DNA from: an uncultured Planctomycetaceae bacterium | Lineage (GTDB): Bacteria; Planctomycetota; Planctomycetia; Planctomycetales; Planctomycetaceae | Assembly (NCBI GenBank): GCA_963976765.1 | Contig: CAXBME010000038.1 | Span: forward strand, 1 to 57,317 | Length of the DNA: 57,317 nucleotides | Direction of reading: 5' to 3' | Part shown: positions 19,665 to 28,464 of the stretch, piece after piece | Position numbering within the stretch: position 1 is the stretch's first letter | How the letters are laid out: each line of letters starts with the position of its first letter | Notes under the pieces: model-generated | Told to the model about the DNA's origin: nothing | Seen by the model: only the letters and a program-made list of their open reading frames with translations | The model's database searches: none | Made by a program: the position numbers and the translations under genes

Positions 19665-19829
19665 ATGAAGAAGTTCGCAATTCTAGTGTTGATGCTCGCT
19701 GCCACTTGCACGTTCGCGGTTGGCTGCGCTTCCACTGCTGGCCCGGATTTCGGCCCAGCTGGTTACAACCCCGGTGGTTACGACGCGGGCATCGGCGGCT
19801 CCGCCGCGTGTTCGAGCTGCGGCAAGTAG
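19665..19829 (+). CDS. Small lipoprotein (54 aa) with C-terminal CxxC; not in the ORF track
   Basis: RBS AGGGAG; MKKFAILVLMLAATCTFAVG-C lipobox; ends GGSAACSSCGK-TAG. Confidence 0.75.
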   Translation: MKKFAILVLMLAATCTFAVGCASTAGPDFGPAGYNPGGYDAGIGGSAACSSCGK

Positions 19830-20175
19830 AAACCGGTCTCTGGCGGCGGCCTCTGAAGAGGCCGTCATAGTTTTCCAATGGAAGGTGACGTCATGTGGTC
19901 CGGTCGCGGGCTCGGTCGGACCGCATGACTGATGTACTGATCGGTAGAAAGAACCCAATTCTGCATGCAATCTGTCGCGAGTCATGCCACGAAAACTTTT
20001 CAGACCACGTCACGTGGTCACTGTTGTTGCAATCGACCTGTTGACCGGCGTCATTCTGCGCCGAATTTTCGCAGCACGACGCTGGCCACCTCTCGCGCGT
20101 CGGAAGTCGGTTCAACTTGACTCGCGGTCACTGGCATCGGACAATCGATCGCTGTACGGAATTGGAGACGATGTA

Positions 20176-20547
20176 ATGAGAAGGTTGCTGCAACTTCTGC
20201 TGCTGATGACTTTCGGCGTTCATGCCGTCCTGGGTTGCGCTGCTCATTGCCGTTGTGAAATGACGATCGCCGGGTTGAATCTCTCGCGCGGCGACTCAAT
20301 CGTCTGCGATCATGTTCGTGAATCGGGTCTTCCTTCTGGCTGTTGTGAATGCGGACAGGGCGACTGTGTGTGGGTTTACGATGGAGACCGCGCCGAGTTG
20401 CCGCTCACGTCGAAGGTGTGCGGTCTGCTGAGATTACCGCAGCACAATGTCTCAGCCCTTCAGTGCCGCCTGGCGACGGCCGCATGGTCCGCCGCCCTGA
20501 GCGAACCGCGAACGATTCGCTGTCGATATTGCGTCTGGCTGATTTAG
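20176..20547 (+). CDS. Cys-rich secreted leader protein C
   Basis: RBS GGAG; MRRLLQLLLLMTFGVHAVLGC, CCECGQGDCVW; ends RCRYCVWLI. Confidence 0.8.
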   Translation: MRRLLQLLLLMTFGVHAVLGCAAHCRCEMTIAGLNLSRGDSIVCDHVRESGLPSGCCECGQGDCVWVYDGDRAELPLTSKVCGLLRLPQHNVSALQCRLATAAWSAALSEPRTIRCRYCVWLI

Positions 20548-20696
20548 CGCCGACCGATCGCCCGTCAGTTGGTCCACACGAGTGGCCCACTCTGCTCGCC
20601 AACGGGCATTAAGAATGCACAGTGGTATGTGTTGTCGGCTGCGCGCGAACCAACGCTCCCCAGCCGTTCGAATCCAGCGATTCAGGAGGTTTACCA

Positions 20697-21218
20697 ATGT
20701 TTCGACGAATCATCTACCTGCTACTTATTACTTCAGCAGTTCTCTCGACTGCCGTGGAAGCACAGGCAGCCCGGCGTTACCGGAGCAGCCGTTCTCGATC
20801 AAGTGCCAGCGCACGCTACCAGCAGGCTATCCGGGCCCGGCAGCAACAGATGCTCAACTACCAGAAGCTGATGCTGCAGCGACAGCAGGCACTGGCAAAA
20901 CAGCGTGCCGAGGATCTTGCGAGAAAACGTCAATTGTCTCAGGTTCAGCAGAAACACGAGGCAGAGCATCGACAAAAGCAAGCGGAAGCGGTCAAGGATC
21001 TCCGAGCCGCCCACGATGCGAAAGACAAGGCGGCTGGCATCAAACACGGCAGTCCGGAAGAAGTTTTCAAGAACTACGACAAGGATGGCGACGGCTACCT
21101 GTCCGCCAAAGAGGTTGCGGGCAGTCCCACATCGATGCGCTTTCGCGAACTTGATTCCAACAGTGACGGAAAACTCACGCTCGAAGAGCTTCGAGCCGGT
21201 GACAAACCGCCACGTTAG
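20697..21218 (+). CDS. Secreted EF-hand protein with Gln-rich coiled coil
   Basis: RBS AGGAGG, signal peptide, EF loops DKDGDGYLSAKE and DSNSDGKLTLEE. Confidence 0.88.
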   Translation: MFRRIIYLLLITSAVLSTAVEAQAARRYRSSRSRSSASARYQQAIRARQQQMLNYQKLMLQRQQALAKQRAEDLARKRQLSQVQQKHEAEHRQKQAEAVKDLRAAHDAKDKAAGIKHGSPEEVFKNYDKDGDGYLSAKEVAGSPTSMRFRELDSNSDGKLTLEELRAGDKPPR

Positions 21219-21301
21219 TCCAGAACTTTCCCAATTAAGAGTCACGAACCCGTTACGAACGGTGAAGCATCACCGGATCATCCACACACTGGAGAACACT
21301 C

Positions 21302-21706
21302 ATGATGACGACACGCACTTCAAGATTCAGAATGACCGCTCTTTCCATTGCGTTGCTTGGCACAGGCCTCGCCGCCGGACTCCTGATTCCGGACGCAGGG
21401 ACAACCACCAGTGCGTTTGCTCAAGCAGACGTCCACAGACCCGCTACTGATCTGCACACCGATCATGCGCAGCGAACCGCCGAGCTGCGAAAAACGATGA
21501 GCGGTCCAGTCGATATCTTCTTCGACGTGACAGAGGTTATGACCTCGAAGCCGTCTCTGAAGGGCGTTCGGTTCAAGGGCCTCGTCGATGTGACGGGCAA
21601 GGAACTGTTGCTGTTTTCAAAATCGCAAGGCGAAGAATGGCTGATCGATCCGGACATGGTGCTGACCTTCCGTCTGACTCCAGAGGACCAGCGGCCGAAG
21701 AGGTAG
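21302..21706 (+). CDS. Secreted hypothetical protein
   Basis: RBS GGAG, hydrophobic N-terminus ending AFA-Q, co-oriented with the upstream gene. Confidence 0.7.
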   Translation: MMTTRTSRFRMTALSIALLGTGLAAGLLIPDAGTTTSAFAQADVHRPATDLHTDHAQRTAELRKTMSGPVDIFFDVTEVMTSKPSLKGVRFKGLVDVTGKELLLFSKSQGEEWLIDPDMVLTFRLTPEDQRPKR

Positions 21707-21879
21707 CTGGGCTTGTCGAGTCGCCAGCCACTACCGAACCAGGCTCCGCTCTGGACGCCGGCTGCGGTCAAATGAGTCCATCTGGAATGCAGGCCAACAC
21801 GGGGGAGCAGAGGAAGTACACTTGCTCTGCTCCTTCAGTGTTCTGCAGTGGAATTCGTGAAGCCGATGCCGCGCGCCAG

Positions 21880-24354
21880 TCATGTGCGATTCGACCTGTT
21901 GTCGCCGAACAGGATCAATCGCTGCAGAGCACGGCGACGAACAGCATCACCCGGCGAGTCCGGAGTAAACCGGATTTCTGACTCAGGCAGCGGGGCCAGC
22001 ACTGAATCGTAGAAGAGTTCCAGCGCACGATCCTGAAGAAGCCGGCGGTTCCGGTGTGACAGCGGCGTCAGGAATTCGACGCGTGGATGTTCGTCGGTGT
22101 TGAGCCGATCCGGATTCCGAGGCAGCCATCGACCCGCCAGTCTCTCATACAGATGTTGAGCCGTCCGGATTTCGTCGTCGCGAGCGAGAGCCGACTTTCC
22201 GAGATGGTCGAGTCGGCCGTTGATTATCTGAGCGTTCATTTCGATCGGCTCTTCCGTGCCGATCAATGCCACGATTGGACGGCGGGATTGCAGTTGTCCC
22301 CACCAGATTGTCGTGTGCGGGAAGACCGTCGCGAAGCTGTCGGCGATCAGCTCGAACTCGCCAGCTCCGAGCTGATACAGTGGCAGCCACTGACAGAACA
22401 GACCGCCTTCGCGCAATCGTCGTTGGGCCACGCTGTAGTGCGAGACGGTGTAGAGGTAGCCCGTTTCGCTTTCCCACGGCACGAAGAGGTCGGAGACGAT
22501 TACATCGAATCGCTTCGTTGAGGCCAGCAGTGCGTGGCGAGCGTCGTCAATCAGAATGTCGACTTCAGGCCGATCGACGAGGCCGAAGTTGTGCTCGCCC
22601 AGCAGACGTGCGGCATCGACGACCTCGGGGATCAGCTCGACGATCGTGATCTGCTCCACTTCTGGATGCGGAAGCGCTCCGGCTGCCGTGAGCCCCGTGC
22701 CCAGGCCCAGGAAGGCCACCTCACGTGGCTGCGGATGCAGGAGCAACGGCAAATGTGCCTGTCGATACTCGCGTGCGGCTTTCAAGCCCGTCGCGCCAAA
22801 TCGGTAGTGCAGGTTCTGACGGACTTTGAGTGTGTTGTCCGGCTGCACGCGCACGACATCGATCCAGCCGTAAGCGGAATGCCATCGACGAACGATCTGC
22901 TCGTCAGTGTTGGCGAGCAGCCAGTCGTCGGGGCCGGGCTCTGTTCCCAGCAGGAAGATGGCGATCAGCGATGTCAGTCCAGCCAGCAGAGCCGTCCCCG
23001 TACGTCGCTCATGTAACTGCAGGCTTCCGGCAATCAGCGCGAAGATGAAAACGATCAGACCGAACGAGGCCCACAATCCGAGCGTTGGCAGCAAGACGAA
23101 ACTGGCAGAAACAGCTCCGCCAGCAGCGGCCAGGGTGTTGACTGTCGTCAATTGGCCGACGGTTCGTCCGGCGATGCCGTGCCGGCCAACCGCGCCTTTC
23201 CAGATGCTCGGCAGAATGACTCCCAACAACGCGACTGGCGGCAGGACGACGAGCAGTACCAGGCCAAATGCACTCGTGAAGTAGACGGCAAAACTGCGTC
23301 CAGCGTCGAAGTACTCCAGTCGAGTGACGCGAAGAAACACATAGACCGACACAGCGACCGCGATCGCTCCGAGTCCCGAGCATGTTGCCAGAATCGTTTC
23401 CGGTCGAAACCGACTCAGCAGTAGTGCCGCCACAAACGATCCGAGTGCCAGGGCGAGTAGAAACGCCGCCACCACGGCTCCGAATGTGTACGTGCTGTTG
23501 TGAAAGACCAGCGAGAACAACCTCGTATAGAGGACTTCCAGCGCAAGTGTTCCGAAGCCAGCCAAAGCGGCAAACAGATTCCAGTGCAGTGAATTGAGAG
23601 CCGAGAGTTGAGGGTCACGAGACTGCAGGGCCAGAGCGTCACCGTCGGGCGACTCCGGGCTCTCAACTTCGGGTGCTGCAACGTGACTCCTGCCTCTCGA
23701 CGCAGCCAGCCAGGCTGCGGCTGCGCATAAGCCGGAGAGTCCTGCGGCCAGATAACTGCTGCTGCGAACTCCCACGGTGACCAGCAGAAACATCGTGGTG
23801 GAGGCCACACCCACAAACGCTCCCAAAGTGTTCATCCCATAAGCAACGAATATCCGGTTGCTTTGCGGAGAGTTGGAGCGAGCAAGAAACTCAGCCATGA
23901 ACGGCAGCGTTGCCCCCAGGGCCGTCGTCGCCGGCAGCAACAGAAACAGACAGAACGCTCCCCGGAGCAGCGACTGAATCAGCGCCGAGTCGCTCATCAT
24001 CAACGACAGGCCACTCGACGATTCGAGAGTCGCGAGGAGATTCGGTAACAGGCACGCCCAGACAGCGGCAAGACACTCAGCAATCGCGTAGGCCTTCAGA
24101 GGATTGACTCGACGGGCCACTCGCCCACCAACGGCGTATCCAAGTCCCAGCCCCGTGAAGTAAGCCCACAGAACGACCGCCGCCGCCTGAGCCGTATGAC
24201 CGAACAGCAGCCCGATCTGACGCGACCATGAAATCTCATAAATCAGAGCCGCAGTGCCCGAGAGCAGAAAGATCGCATAGACAAGTCGTGAGCCCGACGG
24301 ATTCGGCACGCCGCCCGCAGGCGAGGCAGTTGTCAGGACGGGTGGAGTTTCCAT
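21880..24354 (-). CDS. Fused membrane domain / spermidine-synthase-like methyltransferase
   Basis: Multi-TM N-terminus (LSGTAALIYEISWSR); SAM motifs LGLGTGLT, VELIPEV, DDARH, FDVIVSD, GGLFCQWLP. Confidence 0.9.
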   Translation of the reverse strand: METPPVLTTASPAGGVPNPSGSRLVYAIFLLSGTAALIYEISWSRQIGLLFGHTAQAAAVVLWAYFTGLGLGYAVGGRVARRVNPLKAYAIAECLAAVWACLLPNLLATLESSSGLSLMMSDSALIQSLLRGAFCLFLLLPATTALGATLPFMAEFLARSNSPQSNRIFVAYGMNTLGAFVGVASTTMFLLVTVGVRSSSYLAAGLSGLCAAAAWLAASRGRSHVAAPEVESPESPDGDALALQSRDPQLSALNSLHWNLFAALAGFGTLALEVLYTRLFSLVFHNSTYTFGAVVAAFLLALALGSFVAALLLSRFRPETILATCSGLGAIAVAVSVYVFLRVTRLEYFDAGRSFAVYFTSAFGLVLLVVLPPVALLGVILPSIWKGAVGRHGIAGRTVGQLTTVNTLAAAGGAVSASFVLLPTLGLWASFGLIVFIFALIAGSLQLHERRTGTALLAGLTSLIAIFLLGTEPGPDDWLLANTDEQIVRRWHSAYGWIDVVRVQPDNTLKVRQNLHYRFGATGLKAAREYRQAHLPLLLHPQPREVAFLGLGTGLTAAGALPHPEVEQITIVELIPEVVDAARLLGEHNFGLVDRPEVDILIDDARHALLASTKRFDVIVSDLFVPWESETGYLYTVSHYSVAQRRLREGGLFCQWLPLYQLGAGEFELIADSFATVFPHTTIWWGQLQSRRPIVALIGTEEPIEMNAQIINGRLDHLGKSALARDDEIRTAQHLYERLAGRWLPRNPDRLNTDEHPRVEFLTPLSHRNRRLLQDRALELFYDSVLAPLPESEIRFTPDSPGDAVRRRALQRLILFGDNRSNRT
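23591..23670. repeat. Heptamer-unit palindromic element, family B, inside a CDS
   Basis: TTGAGAG-CCGAGAG-TTGAGGG...GGCTCTCAAC; shares GAGTTGAGGG with the copies at ~14.08 kb (reverse) and ~35.99 kb. Confidence 0.55.
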
Positions 24355-24426
24355 GACGCGAATTCTCAGCCTTTCCCGCTCCGGACATCCGTGACGACCG
24401 TCTGCGCACAGCGCGGGCGACAGTCT

Positions 24427-24482
24427 GAACAGAAGGAAACAGAGGAAACGGAGACAGCTCTGTTCTCTCTGTTTCCTTCTGT
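24427..24482. repeat. REP-like palindrome, family A, copy 3
   Basis: ACAGAAGGAAACAGAGGAAACGGAG-ACAG-CTCTGTTCTCTCTGTTTCCTTCTGT. Confidence 0.8.
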
Positions 24483-24726
24483 CTCACCCGTTGTCCGCCA
24501 GATTTCTCGAAATGATTCAGAATGGCATGAGGGTGACGTCACTGAGACTCTTATGTAAATCATACTGACGACACACAATACGCCATTCGGTCGGGTCGGT
24601 ATTTCCATAACACACGGATACAAATCAGGTTACGGTAAATTCAAATCTCGTGGCACGAACTGTGCCTTTTCGGTATGCCAGAACGCTGACTCAAACTTAC
24701 TCGTCACTTGGAAAAGGAATTGAGCC

Positions 24727-25257
24727 ATGAAACGTACAGCATTCGCCATCGTCGCCGTTGGAACCTTCGCTCTGATCACTGTCAACTCAGCATCGGCTTT
24801 CGATCCTCCGGCGAGTCCCACCCACGCCGATCTGGCCCACCGGAATGCCGACCGTCAGCAGACGTACCAGATCGCTCGCAGCCTCGGCCTGGACCATTCT
24901 CAGATGGACCGACTGAGAAGCACGCTGCAGCACCAGGAACAGGACGATTTACAGGCGCACCGTTCCGCCACGAGAAACGCCCCGACTTACCGAACCCTTG
25001 CACCCACTTACCAACCCGTTCGCGAGACACGCGGCTTGCGAACACAGCAGTGCCAGCCGCGGTTTCAGTCACAGCAATACTACCAGCCGCAGTACCGGAC
25101 AAATGTCGTGCCACAAAACCGTCACTCCAATCGAAGTTTTCGAACGGTGACGCCGGGTCATGGCAACTCCCAGAACTACGGATACTCCCGCCCGGCATAC
25201 AACGATCATGGACTGAGCATTTCCACGCGAGGATTCTCACTGCGACTGGGCCACTGA
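24727..25257 (+). CDS. Secreted Gln/Arg/Tyr-rich hypothetical protein
   Basis: RBS AAGGA, signal peptide (ASA-F), low-complexity body, ends GLSISTRGFSLRLGH. Confidence 0.75.
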   Translation: MKRTAFAIVAVGTFALITVNSASAFDPPASPTHADLAHRNADRQQTYQIARSLGLDHSQMDRLRSTLQHQEQDDLQAHRSATRNAPTYRTLAPTYQPVRETRGLRTQQCQPRFQSQQYYQPQYRTNVVPQNRHSNRSFRTVTPGHGNSQNYGYSRPAYNDHGLSISTRGFSLRLGH

Positions 25258-25297
25258 TCGAGAACAACGTCGCTTGACAGTCACCTGAAAGTTGCCG

Positions 25298-25328
25298 ACA
25301 GCCCACCTTCATCAAGGCGGGCTGTTTT
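25298..25328. terminator. Probable intrinsic terminator between convergent genes
   Basis: ACAGCCC-A-CCTT-catc-AAGG-C-GGGCTGT followed by TTT. Confidence 0.55.
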
Positions 25329-25383
25329 CGTTGATCAGCTCGCGTTTCCCTCATCACATGACTCCGTCAGTCGATGGCAGTAC

Positions 25384-27843
25384 TCAAGCGAGGTCCGCGT
25401 CGGAATTCGCTTCATAGCGCAGCAGACGCAAGGCATTGAACACGACCAGCAGTGTCGAGCCCTCGTGCAGCATGACGGCCGGGCCCATCTGCAGACCGGA
25501 CAGCGTGGCCGGAATCAGAAACGCGACCATGCCCAGGCTGAACCACAGGTTCTGGCGAATGATGCGGCTGGTCTGACGGCTCAGGCCGATCGCGAGCGGG
25601 AGGTGATTCAGGTCGTCGGCCATCAGCGCAACGTCGGCCGTTTCCAGAGCGACGTCGGAACCGGCCGCTCCCATCGCGATTCCGACTGACGCGTTTGCCA
25701 TGGCGGGAGCGTCGTTGACTCCATCACCCACCATCGCCACGCCACCCTCTTGCCGGAGCTGCCTGATTGCGTCGACCTTGTCGTCGGGCATCAGATCGCC
25801 ACGTGCCTCGTCTAATCCGACCGCAGACGCGACGGCATCTGCGACACGCTGGTTGTCGCCGGAAATCATGATCATGCGACGGATGCCAAGATCACGCAGC
25901 CGGCTGATGACGCTCTTTGCGGCGTCACGCGGCGTATCCATCAGTCCCAGAACACCGAGATAGCGATCGCCGAAACGCACGATCATTGTCGTGCGACCGT
26001 CCTGCTCCAGTTGATCAATTCGGCTTCGAACTTCTTCAGTCAACGGAACGCCATCGATCTCCGAGAACAGGGCGGCCTTGCCGACAAAGACCGGCTGCCC
26101 GTCGATGGTCGCGCGCAGGCCGCGGCCGGTGATGCTTTGCAGGTCTGAGGCTTCAGGCACTGCGATGTCACTCAATCGTTCGCGGCCATCACGGACGACT
26201 GCCGCGGCCAGTGGATGGTCGCTCAACTCTTCGACAGCGACGGCCACCCGCAGAAGTTCGTCTGGCGGGGTCCCTTCAGCAGTCACGACATCCGTCAACT
26301 GCGGCCGGCCTTCGGTCAGAGTGCCAGTCTTGTCGAACGCGACCGCTTCAAGGCGCCCCAGCGTTTCCAGCGGTCCGCCTCCCTTGACGAGGACACCGCC
26401 GCGAGCCGCTCGCGCGACGCCGCTGAGCACGGCACTCGGCGTGGCGATCGCAAGCGCGCAGGGGCTCGCCGCGACAAGGACGGCCATCGCACGGTAGAAC
26501 GACTGGCTGAAGGCTTCGTCAAGAAACAGCGGCGCAAACAGCAGCACGACCACCAGTGCCAGCACGGCCGGGACGAAGACTCGCTCGAACCTGGACGTGA
26601 ACTGCTGAGTTGGTGACGTTCGCGTCTCGGCTTCACTGACCAGCTGAACGACTCGGGCGAGCGTGTTGTCGGCGGCTGTCTTTGTGACCTGAATTTCCAG
26701 AGCGCCACTGTCGTTGATCGTCCCGGCAAACACACGATGCTCAGCCGGAAGTCGCTCCGGTTGCTGAGCAGCCAGCTCGGCATCGTCGACCGGGCGTTTG
26801 TCGACCGGGACGCTTTCTCCGGTGATCGGAGCCTGATTGACGCTGCTTTCACCGGCGACGACAAAACCGTCGGCTGAGATTCGTTCGTTCGGTTTGACGA
26901 TGACGACTTCGCCAACCCGCAGGTCCTCAACAGAGACGTCCTGAATCTCGCCGTCGCGTCTGACGCGTGCCGTCTGCGGGGCGAGTTCGGCCAGCGCCTC
27001 GATGGCCCGGCGAGCCCGGCCCATCGCGTAGTGTTCGAGTGAATGCCCGAGACTGAAGAGAAACAGCAGCAGCGCTCCTTCAGCCCACTCACCCAACGAA
27101 GCCGCCCCTGCCGCCGCGACCAGCATCAGGAAGTCGATCTCAAAACGTTTCGCACGGATGTTTTCGATGGCTTCACGAACCGTGAAAAAACCACCGAAGC
27201 AGTACGCTGCGATGTACATGCCCTGCGGAACCCACGGCGTGACGCCAGTCAACACGGACAGCAGCCAGCCGGTCAGCAGCAGTCCGCCGCAGGAGATCGC
27301 GAAGATCAACTCCGTCTTTTCGCCGAACAAGCCGCCGTGTTTATGGTCGTGTTCTTCCTCGGGCGTTTCTTCATCGGCTTCTGCTTTCGAGCGACTTCCT
27401 TCGATCTCGCGAACGCCGCTGTTTCGCAATGCAACGCCGATCGCTTCTTCGTCGGTTTCCTCGCGATCAAACTCGATACGCAAAACGCCATCGGGAGAGG
27501 CTGCTGCTTCAAGAACACCGGCGATTCGCTCTGCGTGAGCCGTCACCGTTCGGGCGCGGCGGGCGTGCATCGGCTCAGCCCGCAACAGCAGATGCCCGAA
27601 TCGCTCGTGAAGCTGCGCGCCGGCCCGCTTGGCCAACTCGCGGACTTCGCCGATTGACAGCCGGTCGGCTTCGTAATGGACACAGATCTGGTCCGGCCGG
27701 TCGCCTTCCGTTTCCAACGCATGTGCCGCGTCGATGCCGTCTTTCGCTTCCAGCAGATCGGCGAGCCGCTTGACACAAGCGTCGCGCGCGTCCAGCACGT
27801 CCGGCAACAGCAGGCGAATTTCAAGTTTCGTTTTCTCGACCAT
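25384..27843 (-). CDS. czcP: Heavy-metal P1B-4 type ATPase (Co/Zn/Cd), CzcP-like
   Basis: TGES, ASPCALAIATP (SPC), DKTGT, HP, GDGVNDAP, HEGST. N-terminus (LLLPDVLDARDACVKRL) resembles CzcP. Start trimmed to MVEK. Confidence 0.9.
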   Translation of the reverse strand: MVEKTKLEIRLLLPDVLDARDACVKRLADLLEAKDGIDAAHALETEGDRPDQICVHYEADRLSIGEVRELAKRAGAQLHERFGHLLLRAEPMHARRARTVTAHAERIAGVLEAAASPDGVLRIEFDREETDEEAIGVALRNSGVREIEGSRSKAEADEETPEEEHDHKHGGLFGEKTELIFAISCGGLLLTGWLLSVLTGVTPWVPQGMYIAAYCFGGFFTVREAIENIRAKRFEIDFLMLVAAAGAASLGEWAEGALLLFLFSLGHSLEHYAMGRARRAIEALAELAPQTARVRRDGEIQDVSVEDLRVGEVVIVKPNERISADGFVVAGESSVNQAPITGESVPVDKRPVDDAELAAQQPERLPAEHRVFAGTINDSGALEIQVTKTAADNTLARVVQLVSEAETRTSPTQQFTSRFERVFVPAVLALVVVLLFAPLFLDEAFSQSFYRAMAVLVAASPCALAIATPSAVLSGVARAARGGVLVKGGGPLETLGRLEAVAFDKTGTLTEGRPQLTDVVTAEGTPPDELLRVAVAVEELSDHPLAAAVVRDGRERLSDIAVPEASDLQSITGRGLRATIDGQPVFVGKAALFSEIDGVPLTEEVRSRIDQLEQDGRTTMIVRFGDRYLGVLGLMDTPRDAAKSVISRLRDLGIRRMIMISGDNQRVADAVASAVGLDEARGDLMPDDKVDAIRQLRQEGGVAMVGDGVNDAPAMANASVGIAMGAAGSDVALETADVALMADDLNHLPLAIGLSRQTSRIIRQNLWFSLGMVAFLIPATLSGLQMGPAVMLHEGSTLLVVFNALRLLRYEANSDADLA

Positions 27844-27850
27844 GTCGTTG

Positions 27851-28318
27851 TTACTCTTTCGGAGGTGTTGTAGCGTCGTTGTCGCGGGAAACTTCCGAAC
27901 GGTTGCGGGACAGCCTGTTCCAGCCGGGCAAGTGATGTGCCGCGAGAACTCCGAACACAATCACGGCGGTCAGGCAAGCCAGGGGATACATGCCAAATCC
28001 AACGGCAGTCCCCACCGCCGCGGTCGCCCAGACGGTGGCCGCCGTTGTCAGCCCGACCGTTCGGCCGCGGTCTCGCAGAATGATTCCGGCACCCAGGAAT
28101 CCGACGCCGGTTACGATGTTGGCGGCCAGACGGGATGGTTCTGCGTCTGGAATGTGCGACGAAATGAGAGCGAAGACACAGGAACCAAGAGCGACCGAGG
28201 CGTAGGTCCGGATTCCGGCTTCCCGCCCATGCCACTCGCGCTCCCAGCCGATAAATCCACCCAGAGCGGCTGCAACGAGTGCCCTTACCGCGAACATCAG
28301 TTCAAGTTGCCAGTCCAT
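27851..28318 (-). CDS. MgtC/SapB family membrane protein
   Basis: IGWERE, AGIRT, IVTGVGFLGAG, GLTTAATVW. Confidence 0.93.
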   Translation of the reverse strand: MDWQLELMFAVRALVAAALGGFIGWEREWHGREAGIRTYASVALGSCVFALISSHIPDAEPSRLAANIVTGVGFLGAGIILRDRGRTVGLTTAATVWATAAVGTAVGFGMYPLACLTAVIVFGVLAAHHLPGWNRLSRNRSEVSRDNDATTPPKE

Positions 28319-28464
28319 TCTGCTCTCTGTTGTCAATGCCCGGATCGGCGGTGCCTGTTCCAGTCTTCTGCACACGTGACAGGACGTGTTGGCGAGTCAG
28401 CGCCAGTTCGTTGATCGACTTTCGTGTGGCCCTGCAAACGGCACGTACCGTTCGCAGGGCTGGA

